Assembly (NCBI GenBank): GCA_002440975.1
Contig: DJWN01000126.1
Span: 20,785-84,784, forward strand
Direction: 5' to 3'
Length of the DNA stretch: 64,000 nucleotides
Origin: Bacteroidales bacterium UBA6229
GTDB taxonomy: Bacteria; Bacteroidota; Bacteroidia; Bacteroidales; F082
Shown: positions 31,501 to 39,020 of the stretch, in pieces
Numbering within the stretch: position 1 is the first letter of the stretch
How the letters are laid out: the number at the start of each line of letters is the position of its first letter
Program-made: the position numbers and the translations under genes
The notes under the pieces: model-generated
Databases searched by the model: none
The model's input: only the letters and a program-made list of their open reading frames with translations
What the model was told of the DNA's origin: nothing

Positions 31501-32287
31501 TGGGGCTTATCCGAAAGATTATACTTCATTTAACAATCTTGACTTTGGTACCGTAAAGGGTTTAACAGTGGAATATGATTTAAGACGTACAGGCAATGCT
31601 CGTTTACGTGCAAGCTATACCTTACAGTTTGCCAATGCAACAGGAGCCTCTACTACGACTGCACAATCACTTATTGCAGCCGGTTTGCCAAATTTGCGTT
31701 CGACCATTGCCATGCCTTGGGACAGACGCCATCAATTTAATGTTTTACTGGACTATCGTTATGGTAAAGGCAAAGAGTATAATGGTCCGCTGATCCGTCG
31801 TGAGAAAAAAGACAAAGCACCGGTTCAATTGTTGAATAATACTGGTTTCACACTCACTGTTTTAGGCGGTTCAGGAACGCCTTATACCGCTTCACGGAAT
31901 GTGATTTCGCCCATTAGTGGTGGCAACCGTTTGCTTGATGGTTCCTATTTTGGATCAAGGCTTCCCTGGCAGTTCCGCCTGGATTTGAGGATTGATAAAG
32001 ACATTGATGTGAATTTTAAATCGAAGGATGGAAATCAAAGGCCAGCCTATTTGAATGTGTATCTCCAAGTGCTTAATCTGCTTGATACCAGGAATGTGAT
32101 TTCAGCTTATTCGGCAACAGGGAATCCTGATGATGATGGATATCTTTCAGCACCTGAATGGCAGCGTCAGATAAATACTCAAATAGATCCAATTGCCTTT
32201 AGAGAGTTGTATGGCCTGTTTGTTAATAATCCTGCAAATTATAGTGCGCCCCGACAAATCAGATTAGGAGTAATTTTTAATTTCTAA
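28583..32287 (+). CDS. Oversized TonB-dependent-receptor-like outer-membrane protein (CarboxypepD_reg-like + Plug + large barrel)
   Basis: After the signal peptide, GRLQGKVYEKDSREPIPFANIVLENGG..SDFDGNYVI..GKYDL is a carboxypeptidase-regulatory-like fold. The plug-like region is ..NVRGARSDATAVYIDGVRV..ILGGTPAQYGDATGGIINVTTK. The protein is 1234 aa and ends RLGVIFNF (terminal aromatic). Confidence 0.8.
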   Translation: MLRNLLLTLCIVLMSWTLALAQQGRLQGKVYEKDSREPIPFANIVLENGGTVVGGATSDFDGNYVINPIPPGKYDLKATFVGYNPVTVTGINIPGNKITFYDIVMTGSSIDLETVEIIEYKVPLISKDQTTSGASVTSEEIKKMPNRSADAVAATVGGVFSQDGERGNVRGARSDATAVYIDGVRVIGSGSVPQSAIEQVDVILGGTPAQYGDATGGIINVTTKGPSRTFGAGVELETSELLDAYGHNRLGFNIQGPLLKGKNQETALLGFFIAGDINYNRDGRISGLGYYSANDATLASISTNPLRPTGIGSGTLRNGEFVRASDLKHSKTSLNTDRYGINLSGNINIRTTETINLSVGGTFNKSEGNDYSYSGSYYNSDKNTRFDDNTWRVFGRFTQRFPTDNESSSIVKNIYYSIQADYTREKNSYGDPNHWDNLFKYGYLGKYQIHRTPSFELASDTVNGHYYEDVWFLRTWNFDTLVSWTPADINPLVANYTTSYYDTYAGQPDGNFENFTQMQLGGALLNGDSPQAFYGLYQAPGANQSGYGFSDNDQFSINVAGSMDIGNHEIKLGFQYEQRTNRNVSYAPTRLWSLMRGLTNFHIMEIDTDNPFLISYDGIVDTVMYYRRYDELSQRTFDMNLRTKLGLPVDGVDYINIDSYDFNNNSIEYFDKDGKVHVINVDSELFDISMFSPDELLNDGGYYTMYSGYDYTGKKLTSQPSFDDFFNARDENGMYTRPIGAFQPVYLAGYIQDKFAFRDLIFNIGVRVDRFDANQKVLNDPFLLFNAYTAGEVTNIKGQPVSHPAGIGSDYVVYVNDVRNPSEIVGYRSENIWYNANGAEIQDPSLLDVGSGISPFLINPDQQRADINSFKDYEPQWSVMPRISFSFPISDEALFFAHYDVLTQRPTSNLFSNPATYYFFESINDVINNPALKPSQTIDYELGFTQKLTNSSSVTFTAFYREMRDMIQIYRFNGAYPKDYTSFNNLDFGTVKGLTVEYDLRRTGNARLRASYTLQFANATGASTTTAQSLIAAGLPNLRSTIAMPWDRRHQFNVLLDYRYGKGKEYNGPLIRREKKDKAPVQLLNNTGFTLTVLGGSGTPYTASRNVISPISGGNRLLDGSYFGSRLPWQFRLDLRIDKDIDVNFKSKDGNQRPAYLNVYLQVLNLLDTRNVISAYSATGNPDDDGYLSAPEWQRQINTQIDPIAFRELYGLFVNNPANYSAPRQIRLGVIFNF

Positions 32288-32336
32288 CGATTTGACAGGT
32301 GTATTTAAGAATTAATAATTTAAAGCTGTTGTAATA

Positions 32337-35300
32337 ATGAAAAATATTTCCAAATTGGTTTTATCAATGGTATTTATACTTGCGGTAGTTAAATATGATT
32401 ACGCGCGTGAGTACCAAGGTAAAGATATGAATAATAAATCCAGTGGATTAAAGGAAACATCAGCAGGTTGTTCACCCTCTTCTGCATTTGAATGGCTTGA
32501 TGTAAATAATGTAAGGGCACGTGTTAATGCCGGAGGTGATATGTGGTGGGATCTGGATGGCATTTCCAGGTATTATGTTCCTAAAAGCGGATCTGCAACT
32601 TCTATGTTTAGTGGTGCTTTGTGGATTGGCGGATTGGATATTAATAACCAGCTAAAGTTGGCCGCTCAACGATTTAGACAGGGTCCTGAATTAAATGGTG
32701 GTGTGGATTTCTGGACGGGTCCTCTCACTATTGATGGTACTGCTGCAATCGATGAAACAGTTTGTGCGCAATACGACAGATTGTTCAAGATGAACAGAGC
32801 CTTGGTTGATGAGTTTTTGTCGCATACCGACCCGAATACCGGAGCTTTTATGCCAAGTGATGATTATACAATCCCGACCGAAATCCTGGAATGGCCGGCA
32901 CATGCCGATATTTCGAAGAAGCAAAGTTATTACCTGGCCCCATTTTATGATGTTGACGGCGACGGTGAATACAATCCTTTTGCCGGAGATTATCCTTATT
33001 ACGATATTGACAACAGTCTTTGCCATACCAAGATACCAACCATGGATGAATCAATAGAAGGCTCTATTAAGGGGTCTATATTGGCTGATCAGGTAATCAA
33101 AGGGGACCAGACTTTGTGGTGGGTCTTCAATGATAAGGGTAACATACATACCGATTCGGAAGGTGCTGCAATTGGACTCGAGATCAGGGCTCAGGCTTTT
33201 GCTTTTGCTACCAACGATGAGGTGAATAATATGACGTTTTATAGCTATGAAATCATTAACCGCTCTACTTTTGAACTGAAAGAGACTTATTTCTCTCCCT
33301 GGGTTGACCCGGATTTGGGATATGCGCAGGATGACTACGTAGGTTGTGATGTGGGACGTGGATTAGGATATGCTTACAACGGTTCTGCAGTTGATGGTAG
33401 TGGTGAACCAGAAGCATATGGAGAACAGCCTCCCGCAATTGGCGTTGACTTTTTCCAGGGACCGTACCTCGATCCTGATGGCCATGATAATCCTAAATAC
33501 CGATTTATTACTGATCCGGCTACTGGTGATACTATTGGTAGAGAGCAATTGTGCGATGTGAGTATCAATGGTGTCAATTTTGGAAACGGCATTGAGGATG
33601 ATGAACGCTATGGTATGCGTCGTTTCGTTTATTATAACAATAATAATGACCCAATCAACGGAGAGCCCAGACAAGCAGGTCATTATTATAATTATCTAAG
33701 AGGTATCTGGAAGAATGGCCAGAAGATGAGATATGGTGGTGATGCTGTTAATACAGGAGTACTGGAGGATGTAACGGCTGATTTTATGTTTCCGTTTGAT
33801 TCCGATCCATGCAATTGGGGAACAAATGGTGTAAATCCGGAAGGCTATAATAATGATGGTAGATATTGGAGTGAGGAAAGCGAAAACAATCCACCTGCTG
33901 ACCGTCGTTTCATGCAATCTGCAGGTCCCTTTACCCTAAAACCCGGAGCTGTTAACTATATTACTGTGGGTATTCCATGGGCTCGTGCCATATCAGGAGG
34001 CCCATTTGCTTCAGTTGAATTATTAAGACGTGTTGATGATAAAGCACAGATGCTATTTGACAACTGTTTCAAGGTTATTGATGGTCCTAACGCACCTGAC
34101 CTGAGTTTTCAGGAGCTTGACAAGGAGCTGATTGTTTATATTTCGAATTCTCCCTCTTCAAACAATTTTGGTGAGAGCTATCAGGAATTTGACCCCAATA
34201 TTATACAGCCACGACCGGACGATCCAACGAAAAGAAGTGATTCGCTTTATCGTTTCGAAGGCTATCAGATATTCCAACTCAAAGATCCAACTGTTGGGGT
34301 AGAAAGTATTCATGATCCGGGTCAAATGAGGCTTGTAGCCCAGTTTGATAAGAAGAACGGCGTAAGTAAGTTGGTTAATTTTTATTACGATGAATTGATT
34401 GAAGCTAATGTTCCTGTAATAGAAGTTAGTGGTGGTGACAATGGAATTCAACACTCTTTCAAACTTTCCCAGGATGCCTTTGCCCAGGGTGATGTGAGTT
34501 TGGTGAATCACAAGCAGTACTATTATATGGCAATTGCTTATGCCTATAATGAGTTTATGCCCTATTCGCAGGAACCTGGTGTTTTGCATGGTTTGTTAGG
34601 TCAGAAAACACCTTACTTGGCTGGTCGTAAGAATATTAAAACTTATACAGCCATTCCACATAAGAATGTCAATGGTATTGTAGCCAAAGCCGACTATGGT
34701 GATGGTCCGGAGATCACACGTTTGGCCGGTCATGGTAATGGTGGTATGGAACTTGAATTGAAACCCGAAGTTATTGATGAAATTTTGAGCAAGGATCCTG
34801 CCAGTGAGGATAATATATTTGGAAGTCCCACTTATCCGATCGCCTATAATCCGGTTTACATGGAGGGTTATGGCCCGATTAATGTAAAAGTTATTGATCC
34901 GCTCAATGTTGTGAGTGCCGAATATGAACTTGCTTTTGATACCTTGCGCTTTACACGCCTTTATAATGTTACTGGTGATCCGGCTGTGAGAGGAGATACT
35001 GCCAGCAAGTATATTTCAAACTGGGTTTTGAGAGATGTTAATACCGGCGAAACCTTTAAATCCGACACTACCACACTCGAAGACTATGAGCAACTGTTTT
35101 TGGATCGTGGGATTTCCATTACAATCAAACAGCCTTATAAGCCTGGTGTTTACAAAGTTGGTAATAATACTGACAATCAATTTTATGAGCGTTCTTTGGC
35201 TCCAAATAATGGATTCCTTACCGCAAATATAGTTTATAAGGATAGTTCAAGAAGATGGCTTGATGGCATCAGAGATGAAGATATTCCCGGTTCACCCTTG

Positions 35301-36689
35301 GACTGGATACGTTCAGGAACCTATAAGGATCAGGATAATTCAGCTGCAATGCCTGAGGACTGGAGGATGTCTTATTCGCAAACTGTTCCTGACAGACCCT
35401 GGGATGCAAATGAAGATTTTGAGCAAATCTTGTTTGGAACCTGGGCACCTTATGCGCTTACGACTTATGGTAATACCTATGTACCCTCTGAACCATCGCA
35501 AAGCAGAATAGGACCTGCATATAGCAGGGACTCTAAGACAAACAACAGCCTTAATAATCTGTTTAGTGTTGATATCGTTTTAACTCCGGATAAATCAAAA
35601 TGGAGTCGCAGTCCGGTGCTCGAAATGTCGTATGATCAGGTGTTGGCCGAGGGCAATGCTCCCAGGTTTAGCCTGCGTAAAGCTCCTTCGGTTGATAAGG
35701 AGGGTAATCCTGCTGCGTCGATGGAGATGGAGGCCAGTGATAATCCTAATGATCCTAACTACATTGGAAGCTATGGAATGAGCTGGTTTCCCGGATACGC
35801 CATAAATGTTGAAACAGGTGAACGATTGAATATTATGTTTGGAGAAGATTCCTATCTCGCAGCGCAAAATGGACGTGATATGTTATTTAATCCACCTCCA
35901 CGTGATATGGATATTAGCCAGACAGGTGATCCCAATATCATCACACAGGTGAGTAGAACTCCGGTAATGGGTGGTAAACACTATGTTTATATTATGGGAC
36001 ACGAGTCTCGTAGTATTAGTGTTGCACAAGTTAATATTAAATTCGAGTCACCGGCTTATGATGCGGGCAGGTATGCTTTTGGTGTGCTTGATACCTTATT
36101 TACTGCTGTGTCGCCTGTAATGCCAATGGTTTCATCATACTTCTATTCAGCAATCAAATATGTTGGTATGCCAATGCCTGTTAAAGGTCAGGAATGGTTG
36201 AGCAATGAAGCCAGAATACGAATTCGGGTAGCAAAACCTTATGAACGTTATTATTCCAGTTTGCCATTAGATACAGTATATGATGGCATGGACGTAAACC
36301 AGTTCTATCCCAAATATGCATTTAACACACAGGGAATAGCAACTGAATACCGCGATCCCGAAAAGTTACAAACTGATCTTGACCTGATTAATGTGGTTCC
36401 GAATCCATATTATGCCCTTTCATCCTACGAAAGGAATGCATTGGACAACCGGATTAAGATCACAAATCTTCCGGAACAATGTGTGATTACTATTTATAAT
36501 ATGAGTGGCACAAGAATCAGACAGTTCAAGAAGGATGAGCCTAAGACTTCAATTGACTGGGATTTGAAGAACTTTGCCGGCGTGCCTATCGCCAGTGGTA
36601 TTTATCTGATCCATGTAAAATCTGAGGATGGTGAACGAGTCATAAAGTGGTTTGGTTCTATGCGTCCGATGGATTTGAACACTTTCTAG
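32337..36689 (+). CDS. 1450-aa secreted protein of unknown function with T9SS (type-A-like) C-terminal sorting domain
   Basis: The protein has a signal peptide. The C-terminal ~90 aa read VVPNPYYALSS..IKITNLPEQCVITIYNMSGTRIRQF..IDWDLKNFAGVPIASGIYLIHVKSEDGERVIKWFGSMRP, matching the Por_Secre_tail pattern. The rest has no motif I can assign (no HExxH). One loop, DVDGDGEYNPFAGDYPYYD, looks Ca-binding. Confidence 0.8.
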   Translation: MKNISKLVLSMVFILAVVKYDYAREYQGKDMNNKSSGLKETSAGCSPSSAFEWLDVNNVRARVNAGGDMWWDLDGISRYYVPKSGSATSMFSGALWIGGLDINNQLKLAAQRFRQGPELNGGVDFWTGPLTIDGTAAIDETVCAQYDRLFKMNRALVDEFLSHTDPNTGAFMPSDDYTIPTEILEWPAHADISKKQSYYLAPFYDVDGDGEYNPFAGDYPYYDIDNSLCHTKIPTMDESIEGSIKGSILADQVIKGDQTLWWVFNDKGNIHTDSEGAAIGLEIRAQAFAFATNDEVNNMTFYSYEIINRSTFELKETYFSPWVDPDLGYAQDDYVGCDVGRGLGYAYNGSAVDGSGEPEAYGEQPPAIGVDFFQGPYLDPDGHDNPKYRFITDPATGDTIGREQLCDVSINGVNFGNGIEDDERYGMRRFVYYNNNNDPINGEPRQAGHYYNYLRGIWKNGQKMRYGGDAVNTGVLEDVTADFMFPFDSDPCNWGTNGVNPEGYNNDGRYWSEESENNPPADRRFMQSAGPFTLKPGAVNYITVGIPWARAISGGPFASVELLRRVDDKAQMLFDNCFKVIDGPNAPDLSFQELDKELIVYISNSPSSNNFGESYQEFDPNIIQPRPDDPTKRSDSLYRFEGYQIFQLKDPTVGVESIHDPGQMRLVAQFDKKNGVSKLVNFYYDELIEANVPVIEVSGGDNGIQHSFKLSQDAFAQGDVSLVNHKQYYYMAIAYAYNEFMPYSQEPGVLHGLLGQKTPYLAGRKNIKTYTAIPHKNVNGIVAKADYGDGPEITRLAGHGNGGMELELKPEVIDEILSKDPASEDNIFGSPTYPIAYNPVYMEGYGPINVKVIDPLNVVSAEYELAFDTLRFTRLYNVTGDPAVRGDTASKYISNWVLRDVNTGETFKSDTTTLEDYEQLFLDRGISITIKQPYKPGVYKVGNNTDNQFYERSLAPNNGFLTANIVYKDSSRRWLDGIRDEDIPGSPLDWIRSGTYKDQDNSAAMPEDWRMSYSQTVPDRPWDANEDFEQILFGTWAPYALTTYGNTYVPSEPSQSRIGPAYSRDSKTNNSLNNLFSVDIVLTPDKSKWSRSPVLEMSYDQVLAEGNAPRFSLRKAPSVDKEGNPAASMEMEASDNPNDPNYIGSYGMSWFPGYAINVETGERLNIMFGEDSYLAAQNGRDMLFNPPPRDMDISQTGDPNIITQVSRTPVMGGKHYVYIMGHESRSISVAQVNIKFESPAYDAGRYAFGVLDTLFTAVSPVMPMVSSYFYSAIKYVGMPMPVKGQEWLSNEARIRIRVAKPYERYYSSLPLDTVYDGMDVNQFYPKYAFNTQGIATEYRDPEKLQTDLDLINVVPNPYYALSSYERNALDNRIKITNLPEQCVITIYNMSGTRIRQFKKDEPKTSIDWDLKNFAGVPIASGIYLIHVKSEDGERVIKWFGSMRPMDLNTF

Positions 36690-36728
36690 TTAATAATTGA
36701 AATGCGAACCAGAAATAAAAGATAGATT

Positions 36729-37802
36729 ATGAATACTTTTTATAAAACCATAGCTGCAGCAAGCCTGGCAATTCTTATCGGATTGACTGGTATGGAATCA
36801 TTCGCAGGTAACAAGGACAGGTCGGGTCAGGCTGGTGCATCAGAGCTTTTAATTAATCCCTGGGCACGTAGTACAGGATGGGGTAATGCCGGAATGGCCA
36901 GAATAAAAGGCCTTGAAGGAATTTGGAGTAATGTGGGGGGCACTGCTTTTACAAAGAAGACTGAGTTGAACTTTTCACATACTACCTGGCTTAAAGGATC
37001 TGATATTAACATAATTTCTTTCGGGTTGTCTCAAAGAGTTGGTGAAACCGGTGCTTTTGGCCTTGCGGTGATGAGTATGAATTTTGGGGATATTCCCATT
37101 ACAACTACTGAAAGTCCGGATGGAGGGATTGGTACCTTTTCACCTAATCTGATGAATATTAGTCTGTCGTATGCAAAATCCTTCTCAAACAGTATTCATG
37201 CTGGTTTTGTGCTCAAGATAATCTCTGAGAGCATTTCGGATATGAGTGCACAGGGAATTGCAATTGATGCAGGTATTCAATATGTTACCGGTGAGAGGGA
37301 GAATATACATTTTGGGATTACCCTGAAGAATATCGGGCCTACCATGAAATTTTCGGGTGATGGATTGTCGATCAAAGCTTTTATCCCGGGTCGTCCCGAT
37401 CAAACCCAGTTTACGCTTGAACAACGGCAGGAGGCCTTTGAATTGCCTACACAGCTTGCCATAGGAGCAGCCTACGATTTTCTGTTTGAGAATGATTACC
37501 GATTTACAATGGCAGGTAACTTTACATCTAATTCATTTACCAAAGACCAGATAACACTCGGAGGAGAGTTTTCGCTTAAAGAATATTTGATGCTTCGTGC
37601 TGGCTATACCTACGAAGATGGTATTTGGGATAATATTGAAAGTGTTGAACGGACTAATGTAGCAAAAGGTTTAAGTTTGGGTGTTTCTGTTCAGGTGCCC
37701 ATGAATAAAGAGAATGGTTCTGTGTTCTCTGTAGATTATTCCTACAGGGATACAGACCATTTTAGTGGAAACCATACCATAGGCGTAAAAATTAGTCTCT
37801 AA
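36729..37802 (+). CDS. PorV/PorQ-like (FadL-fold) outer-membrane beta-barrel protein
   Basis: The signal peptide is followed by GQAGASELLINPWARSTGWGNAGMARIKGLEGIWSNVGG, the N-terminal pattern of the PorV/PorQ family. An alternating beta-strand pattern runs to the end (..HTIGVKISL). Confidence 0.65.
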   Translation: MNTFYKTIAAASLAILIGLTGMESFAGNKDRSGQAGASELLINPWARSTGWGNAGMARIKGLEGIWSNVGGTAFTKKTELNFSHTTWLKGSDINIISFGLSQRVGETGAFGLAVMSMNFGDIPITTTESPDGGIGTFSPNLMNISLSYAKSFSNSIHAGFVLKIISESISDMSAQGIAIDAGIQYVTGERENIHFGITLKNIGPTMKFSGDGLSIKAFIPGRPDQTQFTLEQRQEAFELPTQLAIGAAYDFLFENDYRFTMAGNFTSNSFTKDQITLGGEFSLKEYLMLRAGYTYEDGIWDNIESVERTNVAKGLSLGVSVQVPMNKENGSVFSVDYSYRDTDHFSGNHTIGVKISL

Positions 37803-37821
37803 GTTTTACTTGCTTCATACG

Positions 37822-37856
37822 AAGATCAGCAGGATTGCGGTTCTGCTGATCTTTTT
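37822..37856 (+). terminator. Intrinsic terminator after the three-gene module
   Basis: The stem is AAGATCAGCAG / CTGCTGATCTT (11 bp) with a 10-nt loop, followed by a T-run. It starts 20 nt after the stop codon. Confidence 0.8.
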
Positions 37857-37899
37857 CAGTATTATTGAGTAGAACGAATAGTGAAAAATTCATAAAAAG

Positions 37900-37932
37900 T
37901 TTAGTATAAAGGGATTAAAAGATTTATCTTTG
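37900..37932 (+). promoter_or_regulatory. Candidate promoter for greA
   Basis: TATCTTTG (TAnnTTTG) sits at 37925-37932. A TTTA at 37900-37903 lies 21 bp upstream, which is an imperfect -33 element. Confidence 0.4.
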
Positions 37933-37940
37933 CAAAAGAA

Positions 37941-37970
37941 AGGCCCTTATTCTGGTAAGGGTCTTTTCTC
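37941..37970 (+). terminator. Terminator-like hairpin inside the predicted greA leader
   Basis: A 9-bp stem AGGCCCTTA / TAAGGGTCT (one G-U pair) with a 6-nt loop is followed by TTTTCTCTT. It lies about 8 nt after the predicted -7 box and about 100 nt before the greA ATG. Confidence 0.5.
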
Positions 37971-38072
37971 TTATTAATTTAGCACAACACAATAGATTTT
38001 ATTGTTTAGAAAAGATTGAAAACCGGTCTGGTTTTATTCAGGCCGGATTTATTGATTAAAACACATTTTGTT

Positions 38073-38546
38073 ATGTCTGAAACCAAGTATTTTACGCAGG
38101 AAGGATTGCAAAAACTCAAGAATGAGTTAGAAGAATTGATGCTGAAAGAGCGTCCAAAAATTTCGCAGATGATTGCTGAAGCCCGTGATAAAGGCGACCT
38201 TTCAGAGAACGCAGAATATGATGCCGCTAAAGAGGCTCAGGGACTGCTGGAGCTAAAAATTTCTAAATTACAGCAGCTCATCATGAATGCACGCGTATTA
38301 GATGAATCCAAGATGGATAATACCAAAGTGCTCCTGCTTTCAAAAGTTAAAATTAAAAACCTGAAAAATGGTGCCACGATGACCTACACACTAGTTCCTG
38401 AAAAGGAGGCAGATTTGAAAAGTGGTAAAATTTCTGTAAATTCGCCCATTGCAAAAGGTTTGCTCGGAAAAACTGTTGGCGATCAGGCTGAGATCAATGT
38501 GCCTGCCGGAGTGATGACCTTTGAAATAGTTGATGTTTCACGCTAA
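38073..38546 (+). CDS. greA: Transcription elongation factor GreA
   Basis: The sequence reads MSETKYFTQEGLQKLKNELEEL...RPKISQMIAEARDKGDLSENAEYDAAKEAQ... and ..ISVNSPIAKGLLGK... I chose the ATG at 38073; the 19-aa upstream extension in the ORF track is hydrophobic and not Gre-like. Confidence 0.93.
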   Translation: MSETKYFTQEGLQKLKNELEELMLKERPKISQMIAEARDKGDLSENAEYDAAKEAQGLLELKISKLQQLIMNARVLDESKMDNTKVLLLSKVKIKNLKNGATMTYTLVPEKEADLKSGKISVNSPIAKGLLGKTVGDQAEINVPAGVMTFEIVDVSR

Positions 38547-38557
38547 AACATGCAATC

Positions 38558-38959
38558 ATGGCTACAATATTCACAAAGATTGTAAATGGTGAGATTCCAG
38601 CCTATAAAGTGGCAGAGAATGATCGCTTTTTGGCATTTCTTGATATTAATCCCCTGGCAAAGGGTCACACCCTGGTGATTCCTAAAAGGGAAACTGATTA
38701 CATCCTGGACATGGAGGATAGTGAATTAGCCGAATTGATGATTTTTGCCAAAAAGGTTGGTAGAGCCATTGAACGGGTTGTGCCATGTGAGCGAATGGGG
38801 ATTACAGTGATTGGGCTGGAAGTGCCGCATACGCACATCCATCTGATTCCGATCAATAGTATATACGATATGGATTTTAAGCAGCCCAAACTTAAGCTTA
38901 CTACAACAGAAATGGAACAGATAAGTTTGGCAATAAAAAACGAGCTTAAATTGAATTAA
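38558..38959 (+). CDS. HIT-family (histidine triad) nucleotide hydrolase
   Basis: The sequence includes IFTKIVNGEIPAYKVAENDRFLAFLDINPLAKGHTLVIPK and the triad HTHIHLIP. Confidence 0.9.
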   Translation: MATIFTKIVNGEIPAYKVAENDRFLAFLDINPLAKGHTLVIPKRETDYILDMEDSELAELMIFAKKVGRAIERVVPCERMGITVIGLEVPHTHIHLIPINSIYDMDFKQPKLKLTTTEMEQISLAIKNELKLN

Positions 38960-38979
38960 CGAAAATCGAGGTTTTAGAC

Positions 38980-39020
38980 AACAGCAAAAGGCCATCGAAA
39001 TTCGGTGGCCTTTTGCTGTT
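38980..39020. terminator. Bidirectional terminator between the HIT gene and purF (convergent)
   Basis: A 15-bp perfect stem AACAGCAAAAGGCCA / TGGCCTTTTGCTGTT has an 11-nt loop. The 3' arm overlaps the purF stop codon. Confidence 0.75.

Noticed and set aside
38016-38072. 19-aa N-terminal extension of greA from a TTG start
   Set aside because: The extension (MKTGLVLFRPDLLIKTHFV) is unlike Gre factors. The canonical N-terminus MSETKYFTQEG starts at the ATG at 38073.
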